NCBI GenBank assembly: GCA_965203175.1
Contig: OZ241867.1
Location: forward strand, 224,001 to 288,000
Direction: 5' to 3'
Source: Candidatus Latescibacterota bacterium
GTDB taxonomy: Bacteria > Latescibacterota > UBA2968 > UBA8231
DNA length: 64,000 bases
Position 1 is the first letter of the stretch. Every line of letters begins with the position of its first letter. Position numbers and translations under genes: made by a program. This document shows positions 55,209-63,501 of this stretch, piece after piece. The notes under the pieces are model-generated. The model did not search any database, was not told the origin of the DNA, and saw only the letters and a list, made by a program, of their open reading frames with translations.

Positions 55209-56024
55209 TTAGCTCTCCTGTTGCAATCGGCCTCGCCGACTGGCGAAGTAAGCGATATTGCCAAAGATCACGAAAGCTACAATGATCAAATGGGTAACCG
55301 ACTGGGGAGGCATGCTCTTATTCGCCTCATCGCGGTGGTCAATCAGAACCTCGTAGGCGGCTGCACCGGCCAAGCCGCCGAGCAGGCCCACGAGTTGGCC
55401 CGAGCCGAGGAATGGATAGAGGTCTGGTGCCACCACTGCGGTGCAGCCGGCGGCAAAAGGAAAGCCGTATTTCTCCTGCCCGTAGGGAATCCACCAAAAC
55501 TCAATCGAATCCCCGGCCCCTAGGTCGAAAACGAGGTCGAAATCCCTCAGTGAGCGCACACTCCGCATCAATTCCAAATCGCCAACATCTGCGCCCCAAT
55601 TGTCCTGCGGGAAGGTGCCGTGTACGTCGTGCCCCATATTGAGAACGACGCTAAAATTGCCCGGCTTGTAGCCCATAAAGGTGTAATCCACCCCGTACTC
55701 CAAGTCGAATTCAGCCGTCATTTTGTCGAGCACCGCTTGAGCTAACCCGGTCGCTTCAGGCCACAGGCAGATGGCGACGACCTTGAGCTCGCGGCGAAAC
55801 GCGTGGCGCAAAACCGCCCGCGCCATGGGCTGCATCTCAGGAGCCGTGCTGGCACCGTAAGAAAAAGAGACTAAGACGACCTGCCCGGCGTCAAGTTGCT
55901 CGACTTGGTCGTAAGCCGCTCTCACCTGCTTGGACGGCGTGATCGGCAGGTCTAGCCCGACCAAGAGCGGCACAGCCACTCCGATAAACATCAAAGCAAA
56001 GAGGATGCGGCGATCAATCTGCAT
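55209..56024 (-). CDS. Uncharacterised membrane-anchored alpha/beta protein (probable DUF6754 paralogue)
   Basis: N- and C-terminal TM segments flank a soluble domain; LVGLLGGLAGAAAYE; start overlaps the upstream stop (TGATG). Confidence 0.85.
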   Translation of the reverse strand: MQIDRRILFALMFIGVAVPLLVGLDLPITPSKQVRAAYDQVEQLDAGQVVLVSFSYGASTAPEMQPMARAVLRHAFRRELKVVAICLWPEATGLAQAVLDKMTAEFDLEYGVDYTFMGYKPGNFSVVLNMGHDVHGTFPQDNWGADVGDLELMRSVRSLRDFDLVFDLGAGDSIEFWWIPYGQEKYGFPFAAGCTAVVAPDLYPFLGSGQLVGLLGGLAGAAAYEVLIDHRDEANKSMPPQSVTHLIIVAFVIFGNIAYFASRRGRLQQES

Positions 56025-56683
56025 CACTCGTCTCCTCCACCGCCCAAGTACGAACGCTCAATGCCGAAGATGATCCGCAGCGAGGTCGCGATGGCCCCTA
56101 GGGACACCCCGAGCAGAATCCCGCGCTTGGCCGCTAAATTCGGCACGCTCATCAGCCACTCGCTCACCAGCGGAAAATACTCGGAGATCTCTCGGCCAAT
56201 GGGCACCTGGCCTAGCATGACGATCACCGCTGCGACCAGCAACAGCGCGGCCTCGGGCGTGCGGGCGCGGAAGGTTCGGTAGGCCGCCGAAGCGATAAAA
56301 AAAGCCAAGATCGAGAACATAGTCCCCGAACAGGGCTGATGAACGTAATTGAAGAGCCAATTATAGCCCCCGGCTTCGGCCTGGGCGGCAAAGGGGCCGT
56401 GCCCATCGTTGTAGATAACGAAGAACATCATCAGCACAAAGCTGGCGATGGCAACGAAGCTGTAGCCCCAACCGACGACGTGCTGGCGGATCCGCTGCCA
56501 ATGCAGGTTGAGTAGGCTGTAGAGTCCAAGTAGATAAGAAAACGCGAAGACAATACGCACCCACAGCGCCATTTCTTGTTCAAAACTCTGTGCATTACCG
56601 TGCGGTATGTAGTAGATGGCAATGCCTAGCAGGCCAAAGACTAAGGCGACGGCCAGTGGTAAAGTCCGGCTAAAAAATGGCAT
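56024..56683 (-). CDS. Uncharacterised multi-TM membrane protein
   Basis: About 6 TM segments; LAFFIASAAYRTFRART.EA, GQVP, VPNLAAKRGILLG. Confidence 0.85.
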   Translation of the reverse strand: MPFFSRTLPLAVALVFGLLGIAIYYIPHGNAQSFEQEMALWVRIVFAFSYLLGLYSLLNLHWQRIRQHVVGWGYSFVAIASFVLMMFFVIYNDGHGPFAAQAEAGGYNWLFNYVHQPCSGTMFSILAFFIASAAYRTFRARTPEAALLLVAAVIVMLGQVPIGREISEYFPLVSEWLMSVPNLAAKRGILLGVSLGAIATSLRIIFGIERSYLGGGGDE

Positions 56684-56692
56684 GGCCCCTCC

Positions 56693-57985
56693 TCAATAAG
56701 GAGTAAAGAAGTGGGTTAGCTGGGGCAGCTCTAAAGCCGCCAAGATTGCGCCCAACACCAAAGCGGCTAAAATAAGGGCCTTGCCGGCGTCCTGGCCCTT
56801 GAGGGAGCCGAGCATTCTCGGCTCACCCGATAGATAAGCACTGGCTGCATAGAGCTCTTCGCCGAGCAGGGTATAGTCGCAGGTAGTAATAAAGAACGGC
56901 AACTGGGTGAAGGCATCGGTACCAGCGATCTGGATCGCCCCGGTCGTCGAACCTGTCTCGGCCAATAGCAGCGACTCAGCGTAGAAGTACCCCATCATAA
57001 TGTGAGCTGCCGGGCGATCGCGAACCATGATGCCCTCGACTGCCGCAGCGTAGCTAAACTGCTCGGTACCGGCGATGAAGACATGGTCTGGATTGAAAGC
57101 ATCGGGCCGTCCCGCCTCGACATACGAGGCTTTCATCGTCTCCTGACTCACAGATAGAACCACCGGGTCTGGGGCCACCACCCGCAGCGCAGTGTCGTAT
57201 TCGGCAGTGCGCCGTGCAACCCGTCCCAAGATATTGACCGCGGCAATGGTCGATATCGAGTCCATGCCGCGCAGGCCGTGAATGAAAAGCACCGGCTTGC
57301 CCATCTCGGTCGCCCGCCCTAGCGCCTCGTCGAGTGCCTCTAATCCGGCGATGCGGCGGATCTTGAGTTCGCGTCGCCGCGCAATGCCAATGTAGCCCAT
57401 GATGAGCCCTGAGAACACGAGGCACAACACTAGGTTATTGACCTTGGCGTCATTAAAAAAATTGCCTTTGGACTCGGCGTTGACGATCACCTTGCCGCGG
57501 ATCGCACCGCCGGCCGACCGCACATCGATGTGAAAGTAATACGTCTTGCCGTCTTCTAACGGCGTCTTGCCGCCCGTGCCAGCGAATTCCTCGACGTTGA
57601 CATAGTGATGATTCTCCAGATCGGCCCCACGACCAAAGAGCGCCGGCACCTCGGACATAAAATTCTCCATTGCCGCAACCTCGGTCACGACGCGAAAAGG
57701 CCCGCTGGGCGAATCGGCGATGGCGACCTGATACATCGCATTTTCGCTGATCTGACGATCTCGCTGCCAAGTCAGCGTAATGCTGCCCCCGTCGTCGTTG
57801 GGCGTGTCGAAGGCTTGGACCTCAATCGGTGGCATAGGATGTGCTAGCAACTCGCCGAGTTCCTGTTCTTCGACCGGCGGCGCAGGGTCTGTCAGCAACG
57901 TGCCGATCCCCAGTGTCTCATCTTCCGCCGCGCTCGCCAATGGCCAAGCCAAGACTAATGCAGACAGCCAGTTTTTTGCTCTCAT
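56693..57985 (-). CDS. FN3-like plus DUF6754 membrane protein
   Basis: Signal peptide; DTPNDDGGSITLTW..TYYF; TM; IRRIAGLEALDEALGRATEMGKP, FYAESL, LLGEELYAASAYLS; GAGGA RBS before ATG 57985. Confidence 0.85.
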   Translation of the reverse strand: MRAKNWLSALVLAWPLASAAEDETLGIGTLLTDPAPPVEEQELGELLAHPMPPIEVQAFDTPNDDGGSITLTWQRDRQISENAMYQVAIADSPSGPFRVVTEVAAMENFMSEVPALFGRGADLENHHYVNVEEFAGTGGKTPLEDGKTYYFHIDVRSAGGAIRGKVIVNAESKGNFFNDAKVNNLVLCLVFSGLIMGYIGIARRRELKIRRIAGLEALDEALGRATEMGKPVLFIHGLRGMDSISTIAAVNILGRVARRTAEYDTALRVVAPDPVVLSVSQETMKASYVEAGRPDAFNPDHVFIAGTEQFSYAAAVEGIMVRDRPAAHIMMGYFYAESLLLAETGSTTGAIQIAGTDAFTQLPFFITTCDYTLLGEELYAASAYLSGEPRMLGSLKGQDAGKALILAALVLGAILAALELPQLTHFFTPY

Positions 57986-57989
57986 GCCT

Positions 57990-59105
57990 TTATTCCTCAA
58001 TCAGCTCCACATTCGCCCGTGGCACTACCGCCTGCTCCCCGTCTTCAAACTCCACGGCCAATACCCGCACCCGCGCCCCGGACTCCACCGCGCACAGCTC
58101 GGTCGGCAAGTCGCTGACACGGCCGATCCGACCAAAATAGGGCATCCGAATCACCCGCAACAAATCGCCCACCTGCAATCCACCCGCGCCCGGCCGCACC
58201 TCTTCTTCCTCTTTGTCGGCGGCCGTGGGGACGATAATCTCCGGCCGCAAGACGCCAGCGCGGATCTGCGTTGCACCGGCCATGGACGCATCCATGCCAG
58301 CGCACGCCTGCAGAATATCAAAGGTCTTACGCGCCATGGCGACGCGGCCAAAACCCTCAGTCGCTACCACGGTCAGGCCGATTTGCTCGGTCCCGGTGAT
58401 GGCCACGCCCAAATCGCGACCGAGCAAGTCGCGCAAGTCGCGGTCGCGCAGGCCGCCGCCGATCAACCCCACAGCACCTGCCTGCCGGGCCTGTTCCACA
58501 GTCTCTGCGCTAATCAGGCTGCCGACCACTACAATCTTGCCCGCAACTTCCGGGCCCAGCGACCCGGCCGTGGCGTCTGGGGCATCAACCGCCAAGTGCA
58601 GTGCGCCCCAGCACTCGCCTCCCACGCCAAAAATGCCTTGGATATAAGCACCTCGCGCTGCGACGCGCACGCCCTCCTCGGCAAAAACTTCCTCTATGAC
58701 CCCATCGACGTAAGCCAGCACTTCGACCGGCCTAGGAGCTTGGCGCAATATCACCTGCCCCGTCACCGGCGAAATGCTCTCGACGGTACCGCTAACTGGG
58801 GATTCAACTGTGGTCTTGAACCAGCGAATAAATGGCTTAGTCTCGGCGAGTGGCTCGCCGGCTGCGACGCGGTCGCCTTCTTTCTTGAGCATATAGCCGA
58901 CTAGCTCTTGCGGCGAGATGCCCAAGCGGTTGACCAAGTTGAGAGTTGCCACCTCGCCCGGCAGTTCGGTGCGGGCCACGACTTGGTCGCGTCGCACCGC
59001 TTGGCCGCGTTCGACGACAACTTCGCCTTTGAGGGGCAAACGTCGCTCTTTGTCGACGACTGCGTATTGCGTCACGCGCAGTCCAGGGGTATAGGCGTGG
59101 GCCAT
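57990..59105 (-). CDS. Uncharacterised soluble protein with barrel-sandwich-hybrid repeats and a KOW-like C-terminus
   Basis: AYTPGL; GEVVVERGQAV, KKEGDRVAAGEPLA, ESPVSGTV; TEGFG; GATQIRAGVLRPE; VGDLLRVIRMPYFGRIG. Confidence 0.85.
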   Translation of the reverse strand: MAHAYTPGLRVTQYAVVDKERRLPLKGEVVVERGQAVRRDQVVARTELPGEVATLNLVNRLGISPQELVGYMLKKEGDRVAAGEPLAETKPFIRWFKTTVESPVSGTVESISPVTGQVILRQAPRPVEVLAYVDGVIEEVFAEEGVRVAARGAYIQGIFGVGGECWGALHLAVDAPDATAGSLGPEVAGKIVVVGSLISAETVEQARQAGAVGLIGGGLRDRDLRDLLGRDLGVAITGTEQIGLTVVATEGFGRVAMARKTFDILQACAGMDASMAGATQIRAGVLRPEIIVPTAADKEEEEVRPGAGGLQVGDLLRVIRMPYFGRIGRVSDLPTELCAVESGARVRVLAVEFEDGEQAVVPRANVELIEE

Positions 59106-59108
59106 GAG

Positions 59109-60890
59109 CTACTCGTATAGGTTTAACGCCTGCTGCCAGTCGCTTATCTGACGCCGGCGGTCTTGATCTGACGCCATCTGGATGGGCCGACCGCGACCGT
59201 CCAGCACTAGCCCCACAATCCCACCGCGCACCCGTGCATTTAGGGCTTGCCCTGGGCCAGCACCCACATCCCAACGCCGCGCCGGCTGGAGCGAGACTTC
59301 GACCTCCTCGCCATCGGCTAGGGGCATCCACTGTAGCTGACCGACCTGCAACTGGCCGGTTTGACGCCCGCTGGGCAGTTCTATCTCGTACTGGAGGCAG
59401 ACCTCGCCGTCCTTACCCTCGCCGACGGGGGCCACACAAGTGCCCAAGTAGATCAGGCAATCGCGCTCGAAAACCTCGGTGGCGGCCCGCTCGTCCACAG
59501 TCGAGAGCACCCCTAGGTGGGGCATCATGAAGATGCTATCGACCGCCAAGCGGGTGATGCCTTCGGGCTGGAAAGCATCTATGAGCATAGCGCAACTCTG
59601 CTCGCGGCGGGGCGCATGCGATAGCACTCCACCGCTGCCGACTATCATGTCCAGCGCCATCATCTCGACTAAACTCTCGCCGGTGGCACCCTGCTCAAAT
59701 ACATCGGCCAGCGTGCGCTTGCTCTGCACCCCCTTCAATCCCACCGCCAACGCCCGGTGCTGGTCAAAAGCCAAGCGCAGGGCTTCGCGGGCAATGGCTT
59801 GTTCTACTTGCAACTCCTGCATGAGCTGCGGGATGGTCGTCGGGCGGATCATCTTGTTCTTGATCCGGTCGCGTAGATCGGCTTCCTCAATGTCAAAAGG
59901 AACCCAGCGCATAATTTGGTCGAGGCCGGCCTCGGCCAGCACGTTGGAGACGCTATAGGACATGCCGAGATTGGCACTGACCGTGCGGTTGAACACATCG
60001 TCGAAGACGCTGAACACATCGGTCGTCGCCCCGCCGATATCCACGCCGACGACGTTGATCTCCTGCTGGCGGGCAATGGTCTGCATGATCTCGCCCACCG
60101 CCCCGGGCGTCGGCATAATCGGCGCGCTGGTCCAGTCCATCAGCGTGCGGTAACCCGGTGCCTGCGCCATGACGTGTTCGAGGAAGAGGTCGTGAATGAC
60201 GTGCCGCGCCGGGTCCAGATTTTCCTCTTCGAGCACGGGGCGGATATTCTCGGTAACGGTCAGAGCCATCTTCCCTCCCAGCGCCTTTTCAACTTCCTCG
60301 CGCGCGTCCTCATTGCCCGCAAAAATAATCGGCAACTGAAAGTCTGCGCCAAAGCGGGGCTTGGGATCGGCCGCGCTGATGAATTCGGCCAACTCGACCA
60401 CGTGGCTGACGGTGCCGCCATCCGTACCGCCCGACAGCAGCACCATATCGGGGCGCAATTGGCGGATGCGCTCTATTTTTTCGTGCGGCAAGCGCCCGTC
60501 GTTGGCAGCGAGCGCGTCCATGACGATCGCCCCGGCACCCAAGGCGCAGCGCTGCGCGCTCTCGCCGGTCATTGCCAGCACCACGCCGGCCACCACCATC
60601 TGCAACCCGCCGCCCGCACTGCTCGTCGAGATGTAGATATCGACCCCAACATCGCCGTCTGCCGGTGTGATAATCCGCTCGCCATCGAGGATCTGCCGGC
60701 CGGAAAGCTCCTCGACCTCCTGAATGGCATTGAGCACCCCCCGGGTAACGTCCTCAAAAGGGGCCTCGACCGTGGTCGGGGCCTCGCCGCGAAAGGTCTG
60801 GCGATACCCTTCGTCCTTCTTTTCGATCAAGATCGCCTTGGTCGTCGTACTGCCGCAGTCCGTGGCGATAACTACGTTGAGGTTATCCAT
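59109..60890 (-). CDS. GlmL/MutL-like (glutamate mutase L family) ASKHA ATPase
   Basis: DCGSTTTK, SSAGGGL, SGGTDGG, FAGN, PTPGAV, DIGGATTDVFS, GSGGVL. Confidence 0.88.
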   Translation of the reverse strand: MDNLNVVIATDCGSTTTKAILIEKKDEGYRQTFRGEAPTTVEAPFEDVTRGVLNAIQEVEELSGRQILDGERIITPADGDVGVDIYISTSSAGGGLQMVVAGVVLAMTGESAQRCALGAGAIVMDALAANDGRLPHEKIERIRQLRPDMVLLSGGTDGGTVSHVVELAEFISAADPKPRFGADFQLPIIFAGNEDAREEVEKALGGKMALTVTENIRPVLEEENLDPARHVIHDLFLEHVMAQAPGYRTLMDWTSAPIMPTPGAVGEIMQTIARQQEINVVGVDIGGATTDVFSVFDDVFNRTVSANLGMSYSVSNVLAEAGLDQIMRWVPFDIEEADLRDRIKNKMIRPTTIPQLMQELQVEQAIAREALRLAFDQHRALAVGLKGVQSKRTLADVFEQGATGESLVEMMALDMIVGSGGVLSHAPRREQSCAMLIDAFQPEGITRLAVDSIFMMPHLGVLSTVDERAATEVFERDCLIYLGTCVAPVGEGKDGEVCLQYEIELPSGRQTGQLQVGQLQWMPLADGEEVEVSLQPARRWDVGAGPGQALNARVRGGIVGLVLDGRGRPIQMASDQDRRRQISDWQQALNLYE

Positions 60891-61218
60891 GCTTTTGGCT
60901 TTCGCGCTGGACAATGGCCTCCGCAAGTAAGTCTATGCACTGGCGTCGCTCCAACATGCGCGTAAAGCGCTGGTACTCGTCGCGCGAAAAAACCAGCGTG
61001 GCAAACGGGGACAAAAAGGTCAGGGCCTGACTGCCCAAAAAATTGAGGGGGCGGCAAGCCTCCAACGCCATGGACGCGGCCACTCCCATCCGGCGACGCA
61101 CTAGAAACTCGGCCAGCCGCTCGGCGAGCGCGCGCTCTTCCTCAGACCAACCTGCCTCCGGGTCTTCAAGGGCGAAAGCGTGCCGCCATCGCGCTTTTAA
61201 GCTATTGACTTGGAACAT
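60883..61218 (-). CDS. Small hypothetical protein
   Basis: Overlaps both neighbours; LEACRPLNFLGSQ..LSPF. Confidence 0.75.
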   Translation of the reverse strand: MFQVNSLKARWRHAFALEDPEAGWSEEERALAERLAEFLVRRRMGVAASMALEACRPLNFLGSQALTFLSPFATLVFSRDEYQRFTRMLERRQCIDLLAEAIVQRESQKHG

Positions 61219-61618
61219 GGCACCGGACGAAACGCGCGACTTCTTCGCGGTTTTTATCGAACCGCAAGAAAACGCCGCGAAAGGAATCTAGCCGACCCGG
61301 GCGGGCGGACGGGCGCAAAAAAATACCGTCCCGATGCTCATCTGCTCGACGGAATTCCGCCCAAGAACGGCGCTGTTTAAAGCCGAGGTGTTCGCTGCTG
61401 ACTCCTTCGCCGTCGAGCACGTAGTACGTAGGAAAGAAATAGCGCGACAACGAGGCGGTCAATGCTCCCAGTGAAAATATCCCGTAGAACCAATGCTCAA
61501 AACCAAAAGCAGCAGCCGCTGAGGAAGCGACGATGAGCACGACTAGCAGTATCGACTTTGCCGGCCTCTCCCGGCGCAGGGGGTGGCTCTCCCAGCGAAG
61601 GGCGTCTGTGGAGGACAC
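61202..61618 (-). CDS. Two-TM protein with a PH-like (YcxB-type) tail
   Basis: WESHP, 2 TM, YFFPTYYVLDGEGV..RRSWAEF..GVFLRF. Confidence 0.75.
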   Translation of the reverse strand: MSSTDALRWESHPLRRERPAKSILLVVLIVASSAAAAFGFEHWFYGIFSLGALTASLSRYFFPTYYVLDGEGVSSEHLGFKQRRSWAEFRRADEHRDGIFLRPSARPGRLDSFRGVFLRFDKNREEVARFVRCHVPSQ

Positions 61619-61630
61619 GGACGCTCCCTG

Positions 61631-63463
61631 TTAGTACATCTGCTCTTCCTGCGCGACCCACCAGTCTTGCAGGCGGACGCCGGGGGGATACCAAGTGACG
61701 CCACTGAAGCGGCGGCTGTAGGCTTGGGGAGAGCGCGACTTCCACATGAAGGTGTACGGCTGTTCCTCATGCAGGATTTCCTGAAAGCGGCGGTAGAGTT
61801 CGATGCGCTTGTCTATGTCGAACTCGCGGCGGTAGGTCTCTAAGATGTTGTCAACTTCGTCGTTGATAAAGCTCACGTGATTGGAGCCGTTCTCCACTGT
61901 TTGGGAGGAATGCCAGATCTGGTAAGCGTCGGGAGCAAAGCGCAAGCTGCCGGTCCAGCCCAACACCATTGCGTCGAAGTTCTTGCCTTTGACCTTTTGT
62001 AGGAAGATCGACCAGTCTAGCTCGCGCACTTGGCAGTCAATGCCAATATCCTGCAGTTCGTATTGCACCGTCAGAGCGATGTCTTTGCGAAGCTGGTTGC
62101 CCGAGTTGATCAAGATCTCAAAGCTGAATGGCACCAACTCCCCATCGATGGTCTTGTCGAGAATGCCGTCCTCGTCAGCGTCTGCCCAGCCAGCCTCCGC
62201 CAGCAAGTCGAGGGCGCGGTCGGGATCGTACGTGTACGGCACGAGATCGTGGTTGTATTCGGGACGGAACTTGTTGATCGGCCCCTCCACCGTCTCGGCC
62301 AAACCGAACATGATGTTCTCCACCATACCCTCGCGGTCGGTCAAATAGGTCATGGCTTGGCGCACCCGCTTATCGCCGAAGATTGGATGGTTGTTGTTCC
62401 ACCCGATGTACAGATATCCACTGGAGTAGCTAACGCCTTTGAGGAAGCGGCGGTTAAAGTCGTCCGACCAGCTCTTTTCCTTGAACTCCAGAGGACGTAA
62501 GCCGTGGTAGTCAAGATGGCCGTTGGTCAACTCTATGAACGCCGCATCGGTATTGTTGATGATCTTAAAGACCACCTTATCGACAAAGCCCGACGGCAAC
62601 AGTTCCTCTATATCCCGACCCCAGTAGTTTTCATTCCGCGTCAGCACGACTTTCTGCTGGGTGACCAAATCGCGCTCTGGATCTTCGATCAAGTACGGCC
62701 CCGACCCAAGGGCCTTGCGATTGAAATTTTGGTTGAACTGTTGGGCAAAGCGCTCGACCCGTTCTTTGTGTGGCCCCACCTCCCAAGAGCCATCCACCAA
62801 GCTCTTGAACTCGACAGGGTCCATCAGCCCCTCCGGGTCGTAGAAATGCTTGGGCAGGATGTAGAAGCCACCCAAGATCAGGTCATTGCGGAAATAAGGC
62901 TCGCGGCAAAGGAAGCGGACCTTGTTCGTCCCCACGATCTGCACGTCTTGCACGGTAGCATAGTAGTTGCGCAGATGCGGCGCTAGTACTTGGGGGTTGT
63001 GGATAACTTTCATACTGAAGACGACGTCCGCAGCCGTCAGCGGCTTGCCGTCTGAGAAGTAAACCCCGTCGCGCAACTCAAACGTGTACGCAAGTTTGTC
63101 CGCGGCAACTTCAGGATAATCAACGGCCACCCAACCCCGCAGGTTGTACGGCGGATCGTGGCCAGCGTCGAGTAACCTTTCAAAGATAAGTTCCAACACC
63201 TGGCTGGCACCGGCATCGCTGGAGGTGTACGGGTTGAGTTTCTCAGGGTCGGATAGCATGTGGCGCACCATCCAGTCGCCGTGGGTCGGTGCTTCTTCTC
63301 CCTCGTAGCGCAGCGGCCCCTTCTCGGTGCCGTTGAGCACGACGATATCCTTGGTACTCATGAGGATTTTCTGCACCTCCTCCCACGCCTCCTCAGCGGC
63401 GGCATGACCGCCTACGCAGACACCCAACCAAGCGGCCACTATAGACATTCTAACTTTCGGCAT
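61631..63463 (-). CDS. oppA: Peptide ABC transporter substrate-binding protein (family 5)
   Basis: DPEKLNP, FELRDGVYFSDGKPLTAADVVFS, GSGPY, DKRVRQA, EILHEEQPY. Confidence 0.92.
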   Translation of the reverse strand: MPKVRMSIVAAWLGVCVGGHAAAEEAWEEVQKILMSTKDIVVLNGTEKGPLRYEGEEAPTHGDWMVRHMLSDPEKLNPYTSSDAGASQVLELIFERLLDAGHDPPYNLRGWVAVDYPEVAADKLAYTFELRDGVYFSDGKPLTAADVVFSMKVIHNPQVLAPHLRNYYATVQDVQIVGTNKVRFLCREPYFRNDLILGGFYILPKHFYDPEGLMDPVEFKSLVDGSWEVGPHKERVERFAQQFNQNFNRKALGSGPYLIEDPERDLVTQQKVVLTRNENYWGRDIEELLPSGFVDKVVFKIINNTDAAFIELTNGHLDYHGLRPLEFKEKSWSDDFNRRFLKGVSYSSGYLYIGWNNNHPIFGDKRVRQAMTYLTDREGMVENIMFGLAETVEGPINKFRPEYNHDLVPYTYDPDRALDLLAEAGWADADEDGILDKTIDGELVPFSFEILINSGNQLRKDIALTVQYELQDIGIDCQVRELDWSIFLQKVKGKNFDAMVLGWTGSLRFAPDAYQIWHSSQTVENGSNHVSFINDEVDNILETYRREFDIDKRIELYRRFQEILHEEQPYTFMWKSRSPQAYSRRFSGVTWYPPGVRLQDWWVAQEEQMY

Positions 63464-63501
63464 ATTCTCCCCTTTTGTACTAACCAGTCAGATCTAATTC
63501 A

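Noticed and set aside
59109-60890. Calling this a glutamate mutase operon or the DNA-repair gene mutL
   Set aside because: No B12-binding (DxHxxG) or mutase catalytic subunit in the window; the motifs are ASKHA, not GHKL
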